A program made the position numbers and the translations under genes. From sequence record MZ443780.1: a DNA stretch of 64,000 nt; one strand, written 5' to 3'. The notes under the pieces are model-generated. The model made no database searches and was not told the origin of the DNA. It worked only from the letters and a program-made list of their open reading frames with translations. Of the stretch, positions 1 to 9,320 are shown piece by piece. Every line of letters starts with the position of its first letter. The first letter of the stretch is position 1.

Positions 1-211
1 GAGTAGCAGAGGCAGCAACCGTTACGTTAGCCAGAAGACTAATCGGGTACACTGAACCTGAACTCGGTGCGATATCCTTTTCTGTGGTGGCATCAGCAAA
101 CGTACCGCCAACAACACGGAACGTTAGTGTGTCAGTATGACTAGCGATAGTGATATCGTTTTGCCACGACTGAGCACCAGTAGCTGATACAACAGGAATC
201 ATTTCAGCCAT
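1..211 (-). CDS. Partial CDS (runs off the left edge), probable virion structural protein
   Basis: ATG at 211 with GAGGTG RBS; frame open to the edge (MAEMIPVVSATGAQSWQNDITIASHTDTLTFRVVGG...); not in the ORF track; translated by hand. Confidence 0.7.
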   Translation of the reverse strand, partial: MAEMIPVVSATGAQSWQNDITIASHTDTLTFRVVGGTFADATTEKDIAPSSGSVYPISLLANVTVAASAT

Positions 212-235
212 TGTTCACCTCACGATGCGGAAACT

Positions 236-260
236 AAAAAGGGCGCCCGAAGGCACCCTG
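236..260 (-). terminator. Rho-independent terminator
   Basis: Minus strand GGGTGCC-TTCG-GGCGCCC followed by TTTTT, just after the stop of 267..1445. Confidence 0.85.
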
Positions 261-266
261 TGAGGA

Positions 267-1445
267 TTAGGCTCCGGCGCCTTCTGGGGCTTTATAGCCT
301 TTCAGGAAGAAGATACGCATACCGGTGTTGTTCGGACTGTTAGCAGTCAGAGCTTTATAGGTACGCTTCTTCGGCGTGCTGCCGTCATCTTCCATTTCGT
401 TGTACACCTGCACGTCAATTTCGGTGCCGTTAGAAATAACGTCAGCAGACGCATAACCAACGATATCCATTTCGTACGGGTAGCTGTAACGCTGAGTGTT
501 AAAGCCCGCAGGCAGACGGAAATCGAAGTGGTTATCTTCGGAGAACGGAACCATCTGATACGGGTTGATAACAGCAGAGCTATCAGCACTGTGTACGTGT
601 GCAGGTGCTGGGATAGTTGGTGCGTTCACGTCAGATTCACGCACGGTGAAGCGCATGATCTGGAATGAACCCGGGCTGTACGTTACTGGGCGCACTTCGA
701 TATCGTTGTTGATTGAACCGCCACCGTTCACGCTGAACATACAGAACAGCGGAGCTTTGCCGTCAACGACAACAGTACCATCGGAGTTGATAGCACGTTG
801 AACAACGAGCCACGCAGCACGGCAACCATCAGAGTCACGGCCTTCAACACCGATATGCAGAGCGAAGCCGTGGTCAGTGAAGGACAGGTGATACGTGAAC
901 GGAGTAGCTTCCGGGTCAGCCCAAATCAGACTGTCTGGGTTAGTCTGACCTGCGGTGGCGGTGGTGGCGTTCGTTGGGTAAGCCATAGTACCACCGTAAT
1001 AAACGGAGGTGTTTGGGCCCACGACACCACGATGATAGAAGCACACATCGTTATCGCCAGCAGCACCTTGGTTGCCAGTGAAACGCGCACCAATCTGACC
1101 AGCGTACTCAGGTACACCAGAAGCGTTGATAGCAGCAGAACCGGTCTTAGCAACAGTGCCTGTGTCAGAAATCTGCTCAGGTGCAGCACAGAACAGGTTA
1201 GTACGCTTCTCTGTACCCTTCATCGCTAAACGCCAGCGCTGTTTACCAACACCAGTACCAGCCAGTGGGTCGATAGTAGCTGTAGCTTCTACGACGAACG
1301 ACGCAAGGTCAGTCGTTGGCAGAGAGGACGCGATAGTTCCGTTGTAGCTCACCAGCTGGAAGCCGTTAGCGATCATGTCCTCAAGGATTGAACGCCACAT
1401 CTTCAAGTTGCTGGTGAAACCAGATTTAACAATCAGTTTGTTCAT
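267..1445 (-). CDS. Putative virion structural protein, paralog of 1465..2451
   Basis: 392 aa, G/T/A-rich. Shares blocks with its neighbour (TDHGxALHI, WxVVQR, PLFxxFS, INPxQ, NTQRY, GYxSADV, GMR). Confidence 0.6.
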   Translation of the reverse strand: MNKLIVKSGFTSNLKMWRSILEDMIANGFQLVSYNGTIASSLPTTDLASFVVEATATIDPLAGTGVGKQRWRLAMKGTEKRTNLFCAAPEQISDTGTVAKTGSAAINASGVPEYAGQIGARFTGNQGAAGDNDVCFYHRGVVGPNTSVYYGGTMAYPTNATTATAGQTNPDSLIWADPEATPFTYHLSFTDHGFALHIGVEGRDSDGCRAAWLVVQRAINSDGTVVVDGKAPLFCMFSVNGGGSINNDIEVRPVTYSPGSFQIMRFTVRESDVNAPTIPAPAHVHSADSSAVINPYQMVPFSEDNHFDFRLPAGFNTQRYSYPYEMDIVGYASADVISNGTEIDVQVYNEMEDDGSTPKKRTYKALTANSPNNTGMRIFFLKGYKAPEGAGA

Positions 1446-1464
1446 GAGTTGTTGTCCCCTTTAA

Positions 1465-2451
1465 TTAAGCCGCGTCGCCAGTGCCGATAGGAAGCATCAG
1501 ACGCATACCACGGTTGTCTTTACCGTTAGCGTTCATGCCAAGGTATTTGGTTTTGTTCGTCGCTTTCAGAGGGTTCAACTGAACTTCTGAGCCAGCAGAG
1601 AGAACGTCAGCAGAGGTGTAACCCAGCATGTCCAGTGTAGCGAAGTACACATAGCGCTGAGTGTTGATCATCTGCGGGAACAGAACGATAGCACGGTTGC
1701 CCTCTGCGATCATAACCTGCTGGAGCGGGTTAATGATAGGTGCAGTGTCCGGAGTAGGCTGCACAGCAGACTTAGGCTCGGTAGCAGCGAAGATACCCTC
1801 TTCGATTACAGTGTAGCGCAGAGCAGCTTCTGGCTTGAGCGTATCAGGGTCGCCAGCAAGGCCGCCACCGCAAGAGAAGATAGCAAACAGCGGGCTATGA
1901 TCGCCTGGGGTAGTATCGCCAGCTTGTACGCCACGCTGAACAACGAACCAGCTAAACGCTGTACCTTTGTTGTCGAAACCTTCTGCGTTGATATGCAGAG
2001 CGATGCCGTGGTCGGTGGTGATGAAGTCATACGTCAGCGGGTAAGCAGACATATCAGCAGCGGCGTCCATCTTCCAGTCATTGACCAGATCGATGAAGAA
2101 GCCAGTCAGCAGACCGCCTTTAGACATACGGCCAACTTCTTCCGTTGCAGAGCGTTTCGCTGCGGAGTAGTCAGTGCTGTTTACCTGATTGTCAGGCAGC
2201 ACGTTAACAGTCAGAGTTTTGTCTGCGTTGCTGGCGGACAAAATGATGCCCCACTTCTGGTTCTGATACAGAGGGTCAACAGAAGCAGAGGCCAGCAGAT
2301 AGAAGGACTTAGCAGTCGGTCCTACGGTGGTTCCTGCTGCGCCATCGACGGCAACAAGCGAGAAGCCTGCCGTAATCATTTTGCTAACGAGGTCGCGGGT
2401 CAGTGCTTCAAGACCAACGAGCTTGGTAGCGTTTACACGTTGAATAGCCAT
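1465..2451 (-). CDS. Putative virion structural protein, paralog of 267..1445
   Basis: 328 aa, colinear similarity to the adjacent gene along its whole length. Confidence 0.6.
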   Translation of the reverse strand: MAIQRVNATKLVGLEALTRDLVSKMITAGFSLVAVDGAAGTTVGPTAKSFYLLASASVDPLYQNQKWGIILSASNADKTLTVNVLPDNQVNSTDYSAAKRSATEEVGRMSKGGLLTGFFIDLVNDWKMDAAADMSAYPLTYDFITTDHGIALHINAEGFDNKGTAFSWFVVQRGVQAGDTTPGDHSPLFAIFSCGGGLAGDPDTLKPEAALRYTVIEEGIFAATEPKSAVQPTPDTAPIINPLQQVMIAEGNRAIVLFPQMINTQRYVYFATLDMLGYTSADVLSAGSEVQLNPLKATNKTKYLGMNANGKDNRGMRLMLPIGTGDAA

Positions 2452-2458
2452 ATGGTTA

Positions 2459-3244
2459 TCACTCCATTACCAGATAGGTTACAGTGAGTTTCGGTTTCGA
2501 CGGTGATGTACCGATATTCTTCATACGCCACGAAATAGTAGGCGTGTTGTCTCTGTTAGACAAGAAGCTGTATCGGCGCAGCTTACGGATGATTGGATTG
2601 CCTTCGCTATCCTCATCAGTGAACACACCATCATCTTCGAGAAAATTAGCAGTGGAACGGAATATATACGGGTTTCTGTCATCGCGCAGTGAACTTTGAT
2701 ACGCGGTCAATTCCACGTCAAAGGCATTGAGCGTAACTGAAAGCAGCATAACCGTTTTATTCATTGCCAGATCGAAGTCGAGTTGCTGGCCAGGGGTGAT
2801 GTAGTTCTGGGCTTCGTACTCAACTGTCTTACGAACACCAGCCTGTTCATTACCACTCATATCAACCCAGAACATCGTACCGTTAGGACCAGACATGAGG
2901 GTCATACCCGCATACTCCGGTTCAGGCACTTGCTTACTTGGGTCGAGGCCTACAATCGTCAGACCTGTCTCATCCACAGCAGTAACGAAAGGCGACTCGA
3001 ATTTATATTCCGAGCCACCGAGTTTCGCTTCTTTCCACGTTACGTTGTCTTTACTGAGCTGGTAGATCTTGTCAGTCTCAGTAACGTAACACAACATCCC
3101 AGGCTTTTTGTTGCCTACAGACATTGCATCACGATCAGCCATAGTAGCAAGACAACGCATACCCCCTCGAAGATACTTGTCTTCAAGGAGGTATGGAAGT
3201 GCTGCGGATGCTGGCAACAGGAACGAAGTCATGTTAACCGGCAT
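2459..3244 (-). CDS. Putative fibre-associated structural protein
   Basis: 261 aa. N-terminal GG..ATMADRDAM...KPGMLCYVTETDKIYQL resembles a motif common in phage fibre/structural proteins; lies in the fibre cluster. Confidence 0.45.
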   Translation of the reverse strand: MPVNMTSFLLPASAALPYLLEDKYLRGGMRCLATMADRDAMSVGNKKPGMLCYVTETDKIYQLSKDNVTWKEAKLGGSEYKFESPFVTAVDETGLTIVGLDPSKQVPEPEYAGMTLMSGPNGTMFWVDMSGNEQAGVRKTVEYEAQNYITPGQQLDFDLAMNKTVMLLSVTLNAFDVELTAYQSSLRDDRNPYIFRSTANFLEDDGVFTDEDSEGNPIIRKLRRYSFLSNRDNTPTISWRMKNIGTSPSKPKLTVTYLVME

Positions 3245-3254
3245 CTCTTTCTCC

Positions 3255-6200
3255 TTACGCGATACCTGAACCAGGGTTGCTAGAACCGTAGGTCAGTTTA
3301 AACGTATAAGCCAGACTATCAAACGGGAAGTCGTTACGATAGATAACGTAATCGACACCGTTGATCTGAACTTCGGCAGGACCAGCAAAGTTGAAGTCAT
3401 CGAACTCCAACGCACCATCCCATGAACCAGCAAAGCCCTGCACTGACTCAACAAAGTAACCATAGCCCAGAGACTTAGGCCACGCAACGTAGAAGAACAC
3501 GTTGTTCGTTGATGTACTGGTATTGCCCGGACAGTTCAGGAGCTGTTGGCCGCTCGTGGTCAATGCAGTTTGCAGACCCTGCACGAACGCTGCATCATAA
3601 CCGCTAACAGACTTGATCTTAGTGTGAGAGCCGAAGCGAGCACCCAAGTCAGAGGACTGTTGTGGTTTGAGCGTAACGTCTTTCGTCGCAGTGACAGTCT
3701 TACCATTCTTAACGAAGGTAACAGTGATAGTCACCACAGCGTCAGCAGTAACAGCGTCAGACTTCAACGAGCCACCAGTAACGCTCAGGCCGGTTGCTGT
3801 ACCAGACTTCACAGCCACTGCCCACGTTGTACCACTGTCAGCAGTCACGTCAGGCGTAGTGCCGTCGGACAGTGTAGCAGTCGCAGTGTATGCAGTTGTA
3901 ACGCCACCGATAACAGAAGCTGGACCAGTGATAGTCACAGAATCAGGCGTCGGAGGAGCTGGCGTGTTTGTCACAGTCAGCGTTGCAGTCTGAGACTGAC
4001 CGCCAAACGATGCAGTACCAGTGATGATTGCGGTCTGCGTAGTGCTCACAGTGTTACCCACAATCGTGTTGTTGCCTGGGTACGTAAACGCTGTAGTCGA
4101 ACCAGAGCTACGTGTGATAACAGGCGTCAGGTCTGTCGTCGTGTTGTCAGAGAACGTCAGGCGAAGAATGTACGTACCAGTCTCACCTTTGTTCACAGCA
4201 GTCGGACCAATCAGCTCACGTTTAGTGATGGTTGCAGCCTGATTGATAATCTGGATGACTTTCTCTGGTGCATACGTCTGACCATCAACAACCACAGCAG
4301 CCGCGCGAAGCGTAGCAGTCTGGTTCTGCGTGATGGAGTTCGGTGGAGAAGTCAGCTTCACGCGAGTTGAAGTTGAACCCACAGACAACGTAACGTAAGC
4401 AGCGCCCTGAGGCAGTGACCACGTAGGCAGAGAAGCGTATTCGTTCACAGCACCCGACAGGCGAGTAACGCGGACGAAGTAGTCGCCAGACACAGTACCC
4501 TCAGTGATGGATGAGTCGCCGATAATCTCGACAGTGCTCACATCATCAGTAGGACCAACAACGGTGAACTGCACGTTACCTGTCTTAGAGACAGAGTTAA
4601 CGGTAGCAGCAACGTTAAGCTGGAACGTCAGAGTACCGAAGAAACCGCTGAGTGCTTTCTTAGTGCGAATGCGCCAGCCGGTCGTGCCGCCAGCAACGAT
4701 CTCAAAGTATTCTTGAGCCGCAGTTGACAGCGTATAGGACAGTTCACTGCTTGTACCCTCACGAGTAGTAGAGTCAGAGAACGTCAGGATGCTATGCAGA
4801 TCGCGCGTCACACCGACAGCAGTACCAAAGTCGTACACAGGCGATGGCGCTTGTGGTTGAACGGACAGCAGACTGATAACGATGATGTTCTTAACCAGCA
4901 CGGACTTCTGAGCGCTACGCCCGTCGTAAGTCGCACGAATCAGAACGGTTGTGTCCTGAGTCACTTCACCAGCAGACAAGATACCGGTTTGTGCGATGCT
5001 TGCGATTGCGCTACCCTGAATCACAGACCACGTAGGCGCAGACACTTGACGCTCTGAACTATCAGAAAGAATTTCCCACGCAGTGAATTGTGCAGTGGTG
5101 TTTTCGTTCATCGAGTCTTGACCACGAACTTCCAGCGATACCACAGTCGGCGGGTTGCCAACAATAGACACAGCCTGAGTTGTAGTCTTCGTGATACCGT
5201 TCTCGGTATACGATGCGTAGATCGTCACGCTGGTGGTAGCGATAGGCACTGCACCAACAATCAGCTCTGAGTTGCTGAACGTCGCGTACTGAGAAGCCTG
5301 CTGCAAACGGAAGTCGTTCGGACTAATCGTTGCAGTGTGACCGTCAGAGTAAGTAGCCAGCACGGTATAAGGCGTGGTGGTATTCTCTTGTACGGACGTC
5401 GGGCCGATGATCTTAATGCTCGACAGGTCGACGACAGGTACAACGTTTACGATAGTGATATCGAGCGTTGCAGTCTTCGTGATACCGTTCTCCGTGTACG
5501 TTGCAGACAGCTTCACAGGAATGTCAGAAGACACTTTACCTGCGTTAACAGTCTTGTTCACGATGGTTACGATATCAACCCGGTCAGAGGTAAACGTTGC
5601 AGGGTCAACCAGCTTCGTTGTACCGTCAGAGTAAGTAGCAAGGAAGGTGTAGTTAGCACTTTCTTCACTGCGAATTGTGTTCGCACCCTGAATGGCCAGA
5701 GAGGACAGAGTAACAGCAACGTTCTCTTTGAGAATCGTCACGTTCTTGCTGCCGGTAACTGTCTGGTCTGCCGTGATGTACGTTGCAGTCAGAACGATCT
5801 GACGGTCCTGCGTTGTCTCTTTACGCGCAGTTACCACGTTGCCACTCACAGTGGTGTACGTTGTAGGCACAGCAACGAAAGAGTTCGGCGTGATCATTTC
5901 AGTGTCGCCGTTAGACCAAGTGATCTTGAACGTGTACGACTCGCTGGTCTGAGATGCGATGGTAGCAGAACCCAGCACTTCAAGCAGCGTGATCAACTGA
6001 GCCTTAACAGTGACGTTCTTCGTCGCAGTAAAGGTCAGGCCGTTGTAGACGTAGGTGGCAGTCAGTTTAACCACAGTGTCTGTAGCAACTTTCTTACCAG
6101 TACCTTGCAGACCCACGAGGTCAAGTGCGTTTGCGTTATCAACCACGAAGTTCGTAGGCATGATAGTCGCAACGTTACCAGACTTGTAACGCGCTGTCAC

Positions 6201-7265
6201 AGTGTAGGTTTCTTTCTGCTTGAAGAACAGCGAACCAGTACCAACGATAGCGATAGACACCAGCTCGTCGTCAGGAATGAATGCGTTCTTAATCAGCAGG
6301 TCGTATGTGGCAGTCACCCAGTTACCGTACACAGGGTCACGCTTACGTGCAGTCACACGCAGCACAACGTCAGCAGCGAGGTCAGGCGCAGACACAGTAC
6401 CGTCTTGCGTGATAGTCACACCGATAACGTTCTCTTCGATGGACCATTCAACACCACTCGGGTCGTGCTCAATGCTGTTTGACCATTCAGCGTCGATGTT
6501 CAGTTTGACGCTACTGTTGTCCGACATGTAGCTGGCATTGCCCGGAAGGCTGATGCGCAGATTCATCAGGTGAGGAGATTCCCACTCGACGTTATCAGCA
6601 GAAGGCTTAACCCACTTGCCGATATACTTGTTCGGATTAGCAGGGTCCTGATCAACGATTGCCAGAACATACCCAGGCTGAGGTTCGTTTGAGCTTGCGA
6701 CTTCAACGAATGCCAGAGTGTTCAGACGAATCATGGTACGCGCATAATCAGGGTGATCGTGATTAGTCGGATAACGTGCATCGCTCATACGTGGGTCAGA
6801 GCTTGACACAGCGATAGGTAGATCAGGGTTAGCAGGCTCTGTCTTCGTAACGATGCTACCCAGACGGCTGGTGGTCGCGTGTGCGATTTCCAGATCACCT
6901 ACATCAATACCCAGGTCAGCAGCGTTCTCTACAACGCGACGGAAGAACTGCTTCTGGCTAAACAACTGCGCGTAGTCAGTCACGGTTACCCATGAGCCAC
7001 GGTGGTTGCCGTCAGACACAGCAGAGGTACGACGCAGCACATACTGGTACTGAGGGCTACCAGTGTTAGCGTCAATCCAAATCAGGTTGTACGGCTTTTC
7101 AGAAAACGATGGCTCAGTCATCGACACAACAACCTGATGCACTTCCGTTTGATCGTTCGCGTTAGGACGGAACAAGAAAGTGATAGGGTTGCGTGGCGTC
7201 AGACCGCGAGTACGAGCCAGACCGATATACTGTTTAGCAAAGCCGTCGATCGTGGTTACGCTCAT
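3255..7265 (-). CDS. Large Ig-like repeat fibre/appendage protein
   Basis: 1336 aa, T/V/S-rich, about 10 repeats of roughly 90-100 aa (LxSIxIxGPxSVxExTTxxYTxxATYSDG...ATYxENGxTKT), an N-terminal fibre-type motif (SDPRMSDARYPTNHDH) and a distinct C-terminal domain. Confidence 0.75.
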   Translation of the reverse strand: MSVTTIDGFAKQYIGLARTRGLTPRNPITFLFRPNANDQTEVHQVVVSMTEPSFSEKPYNLIWIDANTGSPQYQYVLRRTSAVSDGNHRGSWVTVTDYAQLFSQKQFFRRVVENAADLGIDVGDLEIAHATTSRLGSIVTKTEPANPDLPIAVSSSDPRMSDARYPTNHDHPDYARTMIRLNTLAFVEVASSNEPQPGYVLAIVDQDPANPNKYIGKWVKPSADNVEWESPHLMNLRISLPGNASYMSDNSSVKLNIDAEWSNSIEHDPSGVEWSIEENVIGVTITQDGTVSAPDLAADVVLRVTARKRDPVYGNWVTATYDLLIKNAFIPDDELVSIAIVGTGSLFFKQKETYTVTARYKSGNVATIMPTNFVVDNANALDLVGLQGTGKKVATDTVVKLTATYVYNGLTFTATKNVTVKAQLITLLEVLGSATIASQTSESYTFKITWSNGDTEMITPNSFVAVPTTYTTVSGNVVTARKETTQDRQIVLTATYITADQTVTGSKNVTILKENVAVTLSSLAIQGANTIRSEESANYTFLATYSDGTTKLVDPATFTSDRVDIVTIVNKTVNAGKVSSDIPVKLSATYTENGITKTATLDITIVNVVPVVDLSSIKIIGPTSVQENTTTPYTVLATYSDGHTATISPNDFRLQQASQYATFSNSELIVGAVPIATTSVTIYASYTENGITKTTTQAVSIVGNPPTVVSLEVRGQDSMNENTTAQFTAWEILSDSSERQVSAPTWSVIQGSAIASIAQTGILSAGEVTQDTTVLIRATYDGRSAQKSVLVKNIIVISLLSVQPQAPSPVYDFGTAVGVTRDLHSILTFSDSTTREGTSSELSYTLSTAAQEYFEIVAGGTTGWRIRTKKALSGFFGTLTFQLNVAATVNSVSKTGNVQFTVVGPTDDVSTVEIIGDSSITEGTVSGDYFVRVTRLSGAVNEYASLPTWSLPQGAAYVTLSVGSTSTRVKLTSPPNSITQNQTATLRAAAVVVDGQTYAPEKVIQIINQAATITKRELIGPTAVNKGETGTYILRLTFSDNTTTDLTPVITRSSGSTTAFTYPGNNTIVGNTVSTTQTAIITGTASFGGQSQTATLTVTNTPAPPTPDSVTITGPASVIGGVTTAYTATATLSDGTTPDVTADSGTTWAVAVKSGTATGLSVTGGSLKSDAVTADAVVTITVTFVKNGKTVTATKDVTLKPQQSSDLGARFGSHTKIKSVSGYDAAFVQGLQTALTTSGQQLLNCPGNTSTSTNNVFFYVAWPKSLGYGYFVESVQGFAGSWDGALEFDDFNFAGPAEVQINGVDYVIYRNDFPFDSLAYTFKLTYGSSNPGSGIA

Positions 7266-7894
7266 TCATTATTCTCCAGAATGTCGGTCGCAATCAGATG
7301 GCCGTAAGACGCTTTCACTGACGTATCGGCAATGAAGGTAGAACCATTGTCGCCTACATCTGCGTCCATGTTCACTTTGTCCTGCACAGTCTTCACTTCC
7401 ACCAGAGGTTTCTCTGGGTGCATTTCATCGTGAGGCAGCGGGGTACGCTTGTCAGTGTTACGCGGGTCAGATACAGACACGAACGTAGGACGACCGACAG
7501 TAGCAGGTTCAGTAGTCAGGCGAGCGATGCCATACGTGTCCATAGACGCGTTAGGAATCTCGTCACCGCCACTGATATCAGATGGATCGTAATACTGAGG
7601 CGCCCAGAGTGAGTTGAAGTTCTTCACTTCTTCCCATGTATTCTGGAATCCACCAGCAGGTGTTTTAGACTTACGTGCAAGGAAACGGCGATAGTAAACG
7701 CTGTTCACTTCCATGCAAAGCCACACAACGTTCATCGGTAACACGACACCTTCTGGTTCAGCAGAGGCAACGATGAACGTACAACTGATGTTGAGTGTAG
7801 GGTTAATCTGACGAGTGATTTGGTCTTTCGACGTATCATCCATAAAACCCGTAACAGCCAACAGAGCAGCAGCGATATCATTCAGTGTAGTCAT
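7262..7894 (-). CDS. Putative fibre protein (shares the N-terminal module of 3255..7265)
   Basis: Start moved to the ATG at 7894 (MTTLND, GGAGCGG RBS). Contains ASMDTYGIARL..VSDPRNTDKRTPLPHDEMHP. Confidence 0.55.
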   Translation of the reverse strand: MTTLNDIAAALLAVTGFMDDTSKDQITRQINPTLNISCTFIVASAEPEGVVLPMNVVWLCMEVNSVYYRRFLARKSKTPAGGFQNTWEEVKNFNSLWAPQYYDPSDISGGDEIPNASMDTYGIARLTTEPATVGRPTFVSVSDPRNTDKRTPLPHDEMHPEKPLVEVKTVQDKVNMDADVGDNGSTFIADTSVKASYGHLIATDILENNE

Positions 7895-7904
7895 AACCGC
7901 TCCG

Positions 7905-8543
7905 TTAATCAGCAGGTTGGCCGAGTTCAGATTCACGCACCTTACGCCATTGAAGCGTATTGTCTTCAAGTACCATTACCTGATTCACAGCAGGAACCAG
8001 CTGGTCTTTGATTGGTACGTGTTCTTCACCGTAGCTACCGTTGATAGAAATCATAGTAGCAGGCTTCTCAGCGTGGGTGTGGTCTTTTGGATCACGGTTG
8101 TTTGTCAGCGTTTCATCGCCTTCCATCACAGCGCGAGATTCAGCTTCTGGATATGACAGATAGCCTACACCACGAGTGATTGCAGTTGCCAATGGAGGCA
8201 GCGCACGGTTGATGATCTGCAAATCGTTCGGGTCATACGTCTGTTCTTCCATAGCATCGTCATAGAAGTACAGCGCAGTCCAAACATCTTTGTACGGGTC
8301 AGCCAGGTCTTTCGTTGTGCGCTTGAACGCAGTGCGGAAAGTAGGCGACTCAGGGTTGTAATCAATCCAGATCGCATTGACCGGAAGGACTACATAACGC
8401 GGAGCTGCATACGAGCAGTAGAACAACAGACCCAACTGCGAACCATCTTTGGGTAGACGGAACGTGATTGGGTTTTTGTTCTGCTGGTGGATATTCGTAA
8501 TCAACTCAACGTTACTGATGAACTGTTCAAGTTTCAGTTCCAT
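7905..8543 (-). CDS. Putative fibre protein (same module family)
   Basis: 212 aa; ITFRLP, VLPVNAIWID, ATAITRGVGYL..DETLTNNRDPKDHTH. Confidence 0.55.
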   Translation of the reverse strand: MELKLEQFISNVELITNIHQQNKNPITFRLPKDGSQLGLLFYCSYAAPRYVVLPVNAIWIDYNPESPTFRTAFKRTTKDLADPYKDVWTALYFYDDAMEEQTYDPNDLQIINRALPPLATAITRGVGYLSYPEAESRAVMEGDETLTNNRDPKDHTHAEKPATMISINGSYGEEHVPIKDQLVPAVNQVMVLEDNTLQWRKVRESELGQPAD

Positions 8544-8577
8544 TGTGTTCTCCGTTTACCAGAAGCGGTGATTAAAA

Positions 8578-9273
8578 TTATACAGGGTCGCCTGACTTAG
8601 GACTGGTAGAGCCGTATTTAATACGGAATACATAGTCGAGACTATCGAACGGGAAGTCATTGCGATAGACAACATAATCAAAGCCACCGAGACTTACCTC
8701 CGCAGCGCCTTCAAAGTTGAAGTCGTTAAACTCCATAGCGCCGTCCCATGAGCCAGAGAACCCTTGAGCTGTCTCTTGGAAATATCCATAGAGTAAACGC
8801 TTAGGCCAGGCCACATAGAAGAAGCGATTGTTATCAGACGTTGATTCGTTTGGAGGACAAGTGATAAGCTGAGGACTCGACTCACCGAGAACGGTTGTCA
8901 GAGAACGGAAGAAGGTATCGTTGTAGTCCTGTAGCGATAGCACTTTATCGTGTACGCCAAATCGAGGACCGTATTCACCGCTGAATGGCACAGACACACG
9001 CACCTTGTTCGACGTGGCATTCAATGTCGTGCTGACGTTGTACGCCTTAGCAACGAGATCGTGTTCACCTGTATCGAAAGGCAGAGTGAAGTCGAAGTAT
9101 GCGCTGGTGCCAGTAGTCGGCATGTCAAGCGTCTTGAGTACCACACCCGCAGCGTTCTCAATCTGGAGTGTGCCACGCAAAGGCGGGTTATCCATAGCGA
9201 CCAAGAAGCGCAGTTGTTTGCTACGCAGCGAGAAGCAGTATTCCAAGTTACCTTGAATAGACAAAGTAAGCAT
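8578..9273 (-). CDS. Structural protein whose C-terminal domain duplicates that of 3255..7265
   Basis: Shared blocks FFYVAWPK, GFxGSWDGAxEFxDFNF, YRNDFPFDSL. Confidence 0.6.
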   Translation of the reverse strand: MLTLSIQGNLEYCFSLRSKQLRFLVAMDNPPLRGTLQIENAAGVVLKTLDMPTTGTSAYFDFTLPFDTGEHDLVAKAYNVSTTLNATSNKVRVSVPFSGEYGPRFGVHDKVLSLQDYNDTFFRSLTTVLGESSPQLITCPPNESTSDNNRFFYVAWPKRLLYGYFQETAQGFSGSWDGAMEFNDFNFEGAAEVSLGGFDYVVYRNDFPFDSLDYVFRIKYGSTSPKSGDPV

Positions 9274-9289
9274 AGAACCTCACAATACG

Positions 9290-9315
9290 AAAAGAGGAGG
9301 ACCGAAGCCCTCCTC
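9290..9315 (-). terminator. Rho-independent terminator after the sheath gene
   Basis: GAGGAGGGC-TTCG-GTCCTCCTC followed by TTTT. Confidence 0.85.
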
Positions 9316-9320
9316 ATTGA

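Noticed and set aside
3546-6531. Long plus-strand ORFs (e.g. 3546..4370, 5337..6482)
   Set aside because: Antisense to the Ig-repeat gene with no motifs or RBS; the same applies to plus-strand ORFs such as 29534..30373, 42000..42818 and 49868..50848.
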